Assembly (NCBI GenBank): GCA_964622095.1
Contig: CAZUPP010000004.1
Span: 89,243 to 153,242, forward strand
Origin: an uncultured Verrucomicrobiales bacterium
GTDB taxonomy: Bacteria; Verrucomicrobiota; Verrucomicrobiia; Verrucomicrobiales; CAZUPP01
Length of the DNA stretch: 64,000 bases
Direction of reading: 5' to 3'
Made by a program: the position numbers and the translations under genes
Part shown: positions 56,993 to 64,000 of the stretch, piece after piece
Numbering within the stretch: the stretch's first letter is position 1
Layout of the letters: the number at the start of each line of letters is the position of its first letter
The notes under the pieces: model-generated
Database searches by the model: none
What the model saw: the letters and a program-made list of their open reading frames with translations, nothing else
Told to the model about the DNA's origin: nothing

Positions 56993-57180
56993 GAGCAATT
57001 AATGAACAGCAGTTCCGGCTTCGTGACGACGAGGGAAAGCCAGCCGGACTTGAAGATGGCAAAATTGTTACAGATCCGCACTTCTATTTTCCCGTAGCTG
57101 ACCGACTCTCCTCCTCATAGCCGTTTCCCGGCCCCTGAGTGTTCCATGGCAGTGGCAGCTTTTCTTCACGGCAGATGATC

Positions 57181-57233
57181 GAGGGCGCATTCTGGACGTT
57201 TGTGGGTTCAGATTGCGCCCTCTTCGTTTTCCC
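57181..57233 (+). terminator. Strong terminator/attenuator-like hairpin plus T-tract in the proA 5' region
   Basis: GAGGGCGCA (57181-57189) pairs perfectly with TGCGCCCTC (57214-57222). An inner extension pairs TCTGG with TCAGA. TTCGTTTTCCC follows. The structure ends 57 nt before the proA ATG. Confidence 0.35.
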
Positions 57234-57289
57234 ACGTGGGCGGCCTGCCCTTGCTTGATTATTTTCCCCTCCAGCGCTAAGGCAGCCCC

Positions 57290-58594
57290 ATGAAAACTGG
57301 CGCCGGCGCAGCGGAGCAGGATAATCCTGCCCTTCAAGAAACCATTCTCGAAATGGGCCGTCGCGGCCGTGAAGCCGCCCGGGCTCTCGCTGTCGCGTCC
57401 ACCGCACAGAAGAACGCCGCCCTTGAGGGCATGGCCGCTGCGCTCGAGGCCGCGGGTGAACATCTGGCCAAGGAAAACGTCAAGGACCTCGAAGCCGGTG
57501 AAGCCGCCGGCCTCACCAGCGCCCTCCTTGATCGCCTCAAGCTCACGGAAAAACGCATCCACGGCATGGTCAGCGGCATCCGCAAAGTCGCCGCCCTGCC
57601 CGATCCGGTCGGGCACACCCTCCGGGAATGGACCCAGCCCAACGGCATTCAGATCCGCAAAGTCAGCGTGCCCATCGGCGTCATTGGCATCATCTTTGAA
57701 TCCCGCCCGAACGTCACCAGTGACGCCGCCGTTCTCTGCCTGAAAGCGGGCAATGCCACTATCCTGCGCGGCGGACGCGAAGCCATCCATTCCAACCTCG
57801 CCATCGCTGGCGTCCTCCAGGAAGGCATCCGCCAGAGCGGCCTGCCCGAGGCCAGCGTCCAGCTCGTCCCGCAGACTGATCGCATCGGCGTCACCTACAT
57901 GGCGCAGATGAGTGACTACATTGACTGCATCATCCCCCGGGGCGGCCACGCTCTTATCACCCGCGTCGCGCAGGAAGCGCGCATGCCTGTCATCAAACAC
58001 TATGATGGCATCTGCCACGCCTACATTGATAAAGACGCGGACATGGACATGGCCGTCGAGCTCACCTTCAATACCAAATGCCAGCGGCCCAGCGTCTGTA
58101 ATGCCATCGAAACCCTCCTCGTCCATCGCGGGATCGCCGAAACCTTTCTTCCCCGGGCCGCCGATAAACTGATCGAGGCCGGGGTGGAACTTCGCGGTGA
58201 CGAGGAAACGCGCCGCATTCTCGGTGAGAGCCGGGATAAAGTCGTGCCCGTCACCGAGGAAGATTGGACCACCGAATATCTCGATCTCATCCTCTCCGTC
58301 CGCGTCGTCGATGACCTCGCCCAGGCCATCGATCACATCGAGCGCTACGGCTCGCACCACAGCGATCTCATTGTTACCCGGCACGAAGAAACCGCCGAAC
58401 AGTTTCTCGCCGCCGTCGATTCCGCGACCGTTTACTGGAATGCTTCCACCCGCTTTACCGACGGCGAAGAATTCGGCTTCGGCGCCGAAATCGGCATCAG
58501 CACCGATAAACTCCACGCCCGCGGCCCCATGGCCCTTCCCGAACTCACCTCCTACAAATACACCATCCGCGGCCACGGCCAGGTGAAGGGGTGA
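57290..58594 (+). CDS. proA: Glutamate-5-semialdehyde dehydrogenase (gamma-glutamyl phosphate reductase)
   Basis: The ProA/ALDH-like pattern is recognisable along the full length (VIGIIFESRPNVT, catalytic-Cys context KCQRPSVCNAIETLLVH). The 502-aa antisense ORF 57068-58576 (G/A/D-rich) is judged spurious. Confidence 0.9.
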   Translation: MKTGAGAAEQDNPALQETILEMGRRGREAARALAVASTAQKNAALEGMAAALEAAGEHLAKENVKDLEAGEAAGLTSALLDRLKLTEKRIHGMVSGIRKVAALPDPVGHTLREWTQPNGIQIRKVSVPIGVIGIIFESRPNVTSDAAVLCLKAGNATILRGGREAIHSNLAIAGVLQEGIRQSGLPEASVQLVPQTDRIGVTYMAQMSDYIDCIIPRGGHALITRVAQEARMPVIKHYDGICHAYIDKDADMDMAVELTFNTKCQRPSVCNAIETLLVHRGIAETFLPRAADKLIEAGVELRGDEETRRILGESRDKVVPVTEEDWTTEYLDLILSVRVVDDLAQAIDHIERYGSHHSDLIVTRHEETAEQFLAAVDSATVYWNASTRFTDGEEFGFGAEIGISTDKLHARGPMALPELTSYKYTIRGHGQVKG

Positions 58595-58600
58595 GCTTCC

Positions 58601-59218
58601 CTAACCTCCCCATCGGGATCTCGCACCAAAGGCGCGGCTGAGGGTGACTTCATCGGCCTGATCGAGGCCGCCGCCGGCCGGCAAGCCCTGTGCGGGCCGG
58701 GTCAGTTCGATGCCCTCAATGGGTGCGATCAGCTCGGACAGATAGTTGGCCGTCGCTTCGCCTTCCACATCCGAGCTTAGAGCCAGGATCACTTCACGGA
58801 ACGTGCCCGTTGCCAGGCGATCCATCAGCCCGGCGATCCGCAGATCGTCCGGCCCGACGTGATCGAGCGGCGCGAGCCGTCCGCCCAGACAATGGTAATA
58901 GCCCGGGTAGGCTCCCGTGCGTTCGACCGGGATCACATCGGTGGCCTGTTCCACCACGCACAGCAGCGAGCCGTCGCGTGCCGTGTCCACGCAGATCTCG
59001 CACCGCTCATCCGTCGCGAAGAAGCCGCACACCATGCAGGGCCGGACGGTTTCGCGGGTCTGCACAATCGTCTGTCCGATCTCCGTTGCCACGCTGGCCT
59101 GACCCTGAATGAGCCACAGCGCCATGCGCTCCGCGCTGCGCGGGCCCACCCCGGGAAAGCGCTTGAGCTGGGCCACGAGCGCGTCCAGCTCCTGGGGATA
59201 GCCGATCCGTTTCTTCAA
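58601..59218 (-). CDS. recR: Recombination protein RecR
   Basis: HhH FPGVGPRSAERMALWL, C4 zinc finger CMVCGFFATDERCEIC and a Toprim domain. There is no in-frame ATG upstream of the HhH. TTG 59218 gives a canonical ~205-aa length; the 392-aa track ORF is an upstream read-through. Confidence 0.8.
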   Translation of the reverse strand: MKKRIGYPQELDALVAQLKRFPGVGPRSAERMALWLIQGQASVATEIGQTIVQTRETVRPCMVCGFFATDERCEICVDTARDGSLLCVVEQATDVIPVERTGAYPGYYHCLGGRLAPLDHVGPDDLRIAGLMDRLATGTFREVILALSSDVEGEATANYLSELIAPIEGIELTRPAQGLPAGGGLDQADEVTLSRAFGARSRWGG

Positions 59219-59293
59219 GCTCGTTCCATAGGCGAAAACCTGTCCGCCGTCAAAGGGACGGCAAAAAGCCCGCCGGAGCGTTACTATGGCGGG

Positions 59294-60256
59294 ATGAAAG
59301 TAACCATCATATCGATTGCATTGCTGGCTGTCGCCGCGGGTCACGCCTGCGCACAGGAGAATGGAGAGAACCGTCCCGCCATGTGGGTGGATCTCTACAA
59401 GGGAGAGCCGGTCGAATTTGAGGACCTGATCCAGGACCTTCTCACGGCGGACGTCGTCTATCTGGGCGAGCGGCACCGGCTCGGACGGCATCATTTGCTG
59501 CAGGAAAAAATCGTCACTGCCCTCGCCAAAGAGCGGCCTGTTCTGCTTGGACTCGAAATGATCGAAAACCGTGATCAAAAGGAGGTCGAGCGCTATAACG
59601 CGGGGGAAATCAGCTTCGAAGAACTCGCGGACGCCATCGCCTGGAAAGATCAGTGGGCCAACTACGAAGATTACCGCGGGGTCATTGAGGCGGCCCGCAA
59701 GAGCGGAGGCCGCATTCTGGGACTCAACGCGCCCCGTGAAATTATCCGGGAGATTTTTCGTGGCGGCGGGGTGGAGCAACTACCCGAGGAAAGCCGGGCG
59801 CAGTTGCCCGAGGAGATGGTAATGGACGACGCGCCCTACCGGCAATGGCTGGAAATCGTCATGAAAGTGCACGCCAGCGTCGATGACACGATGCTGGACA
59901 ATATCCTGCAGGCTCAGATTGCCCGGGACGAAGCGATGGCAGCCAGCCTGGTCAGCGGACTGGACGATGACCCGGACGCCGGAGCGAACTCCGATCCTAA
60001 CGTTAAGGATAAACCTCTGGCTGTCGTCATCACAGGTAGTGGCCATATGAACTATCGTTTCGGTGTCCCCGAGCGCGTGGCCCGCCGAGCCCCCTCAATT
60101 CAGGATCGTCTCATCCTTATGTCTGAAAGTGGGGATATTGAGCTGACCGAAGAAGAGGCGGCCGCGGCCCAAGAAATCGAAATCACCCATCAACAACTGC
60201 GAAACCTGAAACGGCCTATTTCCGATTATCTTCATGTGACCGCGCTCAAAAAGTGA
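59294..60256 (+). CDS. ChaN-family (haem-binding/Tiki-like) periplasmic protein
   Basis: ATG 59294 gives signal peptide MKVTIISIALLAVAAGHACA. ADVVYLGERH, LGLEM and VITGSGH are typical of the ChaN/PF04187 family. Confidence 0.65.
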   Translation: MKVTIISIALLAVAAGHACAQENGENRPAMWVDLYKGEPVEFEDLIQDLLTADVVYLGERHRLGRHHLLQEKIVTALAKERPVLLGLEMIENRDQKEVERYNAGEISFEELADAIAWKDQWANYEDYRGVIEAARKSGGRILGLNAPREIIREIFRGGGVEQLPEESRAQLPEEMVMDDAPYRQWLEIVMKVHASVDDTMLDNILQAQIARDEAMAASLVSGLDDDPDAGANSDPNVKDKPLAVVITGSGHMNYRFGVPERVARRAPSIQDRLILMSESGDIELTEEEAAAAQEIEITHQQLRNLKRPISDYLHVTALKK

Positions 60257-60305
60257 GCGGCGGTTTCTCTCTAGTCTCGTTCCATTTTCCTTCCATCAAC
60301 CGTCT

Positions 60306-63300
60306 ATGAAGTGCTCCCTCACTGCTCTTCTAAGCAGTATCTCGTTTTCACTTCTGCCCTTTTCGATCCACGCGATTGAGCCGGGGGAAGATGAGCCCGT
60401 GGATTTTCCCATCTTTGAAGGGCTCATGCAGCAATACTGCCTGGAATGTCACGACTCCCTGCAAAGTAAGGGCGGGCTGGACCTGGAGACCGAGGGTTCC
60501 GAGCACGTTCTGCGTTCCAACGCAGATCTGCTGGATAATATGCTCTGGTCTCTGGAGGAGCAGGAAATGCCACCCAAACGCGCCGCGCACACCCTGGGGC
60601 ACGAAGACCGGGTAAAAATGATGGTGTGGCTGGATGCCGCCCTCAATGAATTGCGCAACAGCCGCCCGAACGACCCGGGTAATGTGGTCATGGCCCGGCT
60701 GAATCATCACCAGTATCAGAATATTATCCGCGATCTTTCCGGTGGGGTGGAAATTGACGTGGTTTCTGTCCTTTCCCGCGATGGCGGTGGCGCTTCCGGT
60801 TTTCCCAATGACGGCGCTTCCCTGAATTTAAGTGCCACCCAGGTGGAAAAGTTTCTGTCCCTGGCCAAACTGGTTCTCAGCCACACGCGGATCACTCCCG
60901 GCGAAGGAATTGTCTGGAACGATTCGGCGATGCTGCCTTTGCAGAATGTCAATCAATTGCGCAGCGAAATTGTCCAGGAATATGGACGCCTCCTTTCGGC
61001 GGCCTATGAACCACTCGTTTCTTACGAAAAAGGGGTCGGACTCTTCCCCGACCTGACGGATACCGTCGGCATGGAGCAGGGCGCTTTTTTTGAGGCGGCC
61101 TACTATTACCATCATCGGGCGGCTTTTGGAAAACCGGACGCGACGATCGAAGATATCGCAGCGGATTACGAGGTGCCGCTGCCCGCCATTGTTCTCGAAA
61201 AATACTACAAAATTCTGACGCGCGACCCGGCTGACCTGAAAGTTTATGTGCGGCGCGTCGCGGAGAAATGGAATAAACTGCCCGTCCCGGCTGAAACCAG
61301 CAAGGAAGCCATTCGGGAAGCGTGCCGCGATTTGCAGCAAGAGCTGAAAAACTATGCGCGCCAATCCCTGGATAATTGGGGCGGCCAATGGGACAACCGC
61401 ATCGAAGTCTCCGATCACCGGAAGCCTCGCGGGCCCCGAAATCAATGGTCCAAGGCAATTCGAGAGGAAGGGGTTTACAGTGTGCGCATCAGTGGCGAGC
61501 GACTCGATAACCAGAGCGATGAAGATCATTTCTGGATCGCGGTCAGCCCCGCGGGAGATGGCAATGAGGATGACGTCGTGATCTTCAGTGACTTTGCCTC
61601 CGTCAAAGGTGAAACGGACCATAAGCCGAAAGCCATCAATGAGAATCTGATCGAGATTGTCTCCGGTGAGAGCAAACGGGAGGACGGCAACCTCGTTGTT
61701 ATCGCGCCCGCGGTGGTGCGGATCAAATATCCTTCGGATGTGCCGGTCTTACAGTTTTCTTTAAAAATGCATCCCAAAATGGGGCGCCAGGGAACCATTC
61801 AATTCGGAGTTTACACAGAAGAAAACAAGATTCCTGACGACCTGAGTGAGATCGGCGGACGGCTGGTTATTTATCATCCGGATTCTGAAAGGGGCAAAAT
61901 TCTGTCCGAGGCGCGCGCCCAGGCCGAGAACGTTGTGAGCGGGCGAGAATGGAATCACGGCAAATATGTCGTGCCCGAGGATGTCGCCGGAAAAGCGCCG
62001 GAGGAGATATTTCCGCAGGCGCGGGCTGTCCTTCCTTCTCCGTGGGATACTCCTCGTAAACTGACTGTGGAGGAACTGATTTCCTACGGAGGGCCGGAAC
62101 TGAAGGAGAAACTCGAAACCAAGGTCCGTATTCTTCAGGACACCTACCGGGAATATAGTAAGGCAGATCAGATGAAGGCGGGTGTCGCGCTCCTCCGGGA
62201 TTTCTCTCATCGCGCCTGGCGTGGACGCGGCACGGAAGAAGATTTTGCGCCCCTCGTGGAAATGCTGGAAGACGGTCTGGAGCAGGATTTGCTTTTTGAG
62301 AAAGCAGTCAAGGTTCCGCTCACCGCGATCCTGGTTCATCCGCTCTTTATTTTTCATGTGCAGGAAAGTGAAGGGACAAAGGAAAGCTACGCTCTCGAGC
62401 CGCATGAACTGGCCTCACGTCTGAGTTTCACGATTTGGGGATCCATTTCCGACGAACGTCTGCTGGAATTAGCGGATAACGGCACCCTGACCCAGCCTGA
62501 GGTATTGCGTGAGGAGGTGCGCCGCATGCTCGCTGATGATCGTGCCGAAGCACTGGCCCATGACTTCGCCGGATACTGGCTGGGATATGAAGGTTTTGAG
62601 GATTACAGTTCGGTGGATAAGGAACGTTACCCGGAATTTACTGATTCGCTGCGTCAGGCGATGTTTGACGAGGTGATTCTTTTTGTCGACGGAATTCTCC
62701 GGAAAGGCGAACCGGTGACGGATGCGCTTGATTCGGATTACACTTATCTGAACCAGAAACTGGCCGAGCATTACGGAATCGATGATGTGAAAGGGCATTT
62801 CATGCGCAAAGTGAAGTTGCCCGCGGACAGCCCGCGCGGTGGGGTGGTGACGATGGCCGCGCTCCTGACGAAAACCTCCAAACCCTTGCGCACCAGTCCG
62901 GTCCTGCGCGGGGATTGGATCCTGCAGGAAATCCTTGGAGTGCATGTTCCGGCCCCGCCGGATAATATACCCCTTCTTTCTGATGATGACGTGAGTGAAG
63001 ACGGCCTTACCTTCCTTGAGCAGCTGGAAAAGCACCGGGCCGATCCGGCATGTGCCGGATGCCATTCCCGGATGGATCCGCTTGGCATTGCCCTGGAGAA
63101 TTTTGATCCGGTCGGGGCTTGGCGTGAAAAGTCCCACAGTGGCGTGGAGGTGACGAATTCCTCGGAGTTGCCCAATGGAGAGATTCTGACCGGCGTGGAG
63201 GGTTTGAAGAACTATATGTTGGAGCGGCAGGAATTGTTTCTGGAACACCTCTGCTACAAGTTCACCGCTTATGCGCTGGGGCGCAAGGTATTGGCGACAG

Positions 63301-63431
63301 ACCAGCAGCTTCTGGAGGACATGAAAGAGGCACTCGTCGAGAGCGACCATCAATTCAGCGCCATTCTTGAAACGCTGGTCCTGAGTGAACAATTCCGGAT
63401 GCGCCGCGATGAATTGGCCTCGGCGAACTGA
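60306..63431 (+). CDS. DUF1592-family protein (PSCyt/DUF1587/DUF1592/DUF1595/DUF1588/DUF1585 architecture) with two CXXCH motifs
   Basis: Signal peptide, N-terminal CLECH and C-terminal CAGCH haem-type motifs, and 1041 aa. This is the typical PVC-clade partner of a DUF1552 protein. Confidence 0.75.
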   Translation: MKCSLTALLSSISFSLLPFSIHAIEPGEDEPVDFPIFEGLMQQYCLECHDSLQSKGGLDLETEGSEHVLRSNADLLDNMLWSLEEQEMPPKRAAHTLGHEDRVKMMVWLDAALNELRNSRPNDPGNVVMARLNHHQYQNIIRDLSGGVEIDVVSVLSRDGGGASGFPNDGASLNLSATQVEKFLSLAKLVLSHTRITPGEGIVWNDSAMLPLQNVNQLRSEIVQEYGRLLSAAYEPLVSYEKGVGLFPDLTDTVGMEQGAFFEAAYYYHHRAAFGKPDATIEDIAADYEVPLPAIVLEKYYKILTRDPADLKVYVRRVAEKWNKLPVPAETSKEAIREACRDLQQELKNYARQSLDNWGGQWDNRIEVSDHRKPRGPRNQWSKAIREEGVYSVRISGERLDNQSDEDHFWIAVSPAGDGNEDDVVIFSDFASVKGETDHKPKAINENLIEIVSGESKREDGNLVVIAPAVVRIKYPSDVPVLQFSLKMHPKMGRQGTIQFGVYTEENKIPDDLSEIGGRLVIYHPDSERGKILSEARAQAENVVSGREWNHGKYVVPEDVAGKAPEEIFPQARAVLPSPWDTPRKLTVEELISYGGPELKEKLETKVRILQDTYREYSKADQMKAGVALLRDFSHRAWRGRGTEEDFAPLVEMLEDGLEQDLLFEKAVKVPLTAILVHPLFIFHVQESEGTKESYALEPHELASRLSFTIWGSISDERLLELADNGTLTQPEVLREEVRRMLADDRAEALAHDFAGYWLGYEGFEDYSSVDKERYPEFTDSLRQAMFDEVILFVDGILRKGEPVTDALDSDYTYLNQKLAEHYGIDDVKGHFMRKVKLPADSPRGGVVTMAALLTKTSKPLRTSPVLRGDWILQEILGVHVPAPPDNIPLLSDDDVSEDGLTFLEQLEKHRADPACAGCHSRMDPLGIALENFDPVGAWREKSHSGVEVTNSSELPNGEILTGVEGLKNYMLERQELFLEHLCYKFTAYALGRKVLATDQQLLEDMKEALVESDHQFSAILETLVLSEQFRMRRDELASAN

Positions 63432-63470
63432 TTTCCCAAGCAATCTCACGCTCTATCCTTTAATCCGACA

Positions 63471-64000
63471 ATGAGAAATAAACGGCCCCTTGAATCTGAA
63501 GTCACGGTGATGTCCCGGCGCACGGTTTTGCGTGGGCTCGGTGCGTCCCTCATGCTGCCTTTTATGCCAAGTCTGGCCTGGGCGCAGAAAATCCAAAATC
63601 CGGAAATCGCGCCGAAACGGTTTCTTTCGCTCGTCTGCGGGGATGGCATGCACCCGGAAACATGGTGGGCCAAACCGATGGCCGGAGGCGGCATGGAGCT
63701 GGGACCGACCCTCTCGGTTCTGGAACCTTTTGTCGATAAAATGGCCTATATCGATCAGCTCAATCACAAGCGCAAAATGGCGCGCGTGCACGGCTATGGA
63801 TTTACCACGTTTTTGACCTGCACCTATGCGCCGTCCGGAAAAATCAAGGCGGACATTTCACTCGATCAGATTCTGGCGCAGACCTATGGAAAAAATACGC
63901 CCGTGCCGAGTCTGGTCCTCGGGGTCGAGCCGATTCGTCCGGGGATTGTCAATGGCGCTCCCTCGATTTATCAGGCGACCTGTTCCTGGAGCACACCGAC
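63471..64000 (+). CDS. DUF1552-family protein, Tat-signal, 5' fragment (runs off the right edge)
   Basis: My own translation gives MRNKRPLESEVTVMSRRTVLRGLGASLMLPFMPSLAWAQ... (a twin-arginine-like SRRTVL). The frame stays open to the window end, so it is absent from the ORF track. Confidence 0.65.
   Translation, partial: MRNKRPLESEVTVMSRRTVLRGLGASLMLPFMPSLAWAQKIQNPEIAPKRFLSLVCGDGMHPETWWAKPMAGGGMELGPTLSVLEPFVDKMAYIDQLNHKRKMARVHGYGFTTFLTCTYAPSGKIKADISLDQILAQTYGKNTPVPSLVLGVEPIRPGIVNGAPSIYQATCSWSTP

Noticed and set aside
57068-58576. 502-aa minus-strand ORF antisense to proA
   Set aside because: It is a Gly/Ala/Asp-rich mirror-frame artefact. The plus strand is a clear ProA.

Overview
A high-GC, gene-dense chromosomal segment with about 55 protein-coding genes and only short intergenic gaps. 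It most likely comes from a PVC-superphylum bacterium. I infer a marine, glycan-degrading Verrucomicrobiota (Opitutia-like) from a PEP-CTERM protein, a DUF1592 (CXXCH, planctomycete-cytochrome type)/DUF1552 gene pair, a Cys-type sulfatase, scattered sugar-catabolic genes and frequent TTG/GTG starts. The content is mostly housekeeping. It includes a TetR-regulated RND efflux operon (OMF-MFP-RND), sbcDC, nadA, ispH, proB/proA, recR, argA-like, amt, nagB, rhaA, uxaE, mlaFD, cell-wall enzymes (Amidase_3, M23, L,D-transpeptidase) and several secreted or lipoprotein hypotheticals. I found no rRNA, tRNA, CRISPR array, transposase, integrase, prophage or recognisable defence island. No clear-cut novel multi-gene system stands out. 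The best candidates for a second look are: (1) an argA-like/PATAN-like/Roadblock-like/amt/MFS cluster in which amt has no adjacent glnK; (2) two tandem paralogous secreted coiled-coil proteins with a shared C-terminal RI[FY][VA]SR motif, downstream of ldt-ispH; (3) an orphan protein with an AlbA_2/Schlafen-like N-domain; (4) an inverted-topology (NewPHL-like) photolyase; (5) a pair of near-identical 22-bp palindromes plus strongly strand-asymmetric polypyrimidine/polypurine tracts in two intergenic regions. All functional calls are by-eye motif and family recognition on the supplied translations. No HMM, BLAST or folding computation was run.
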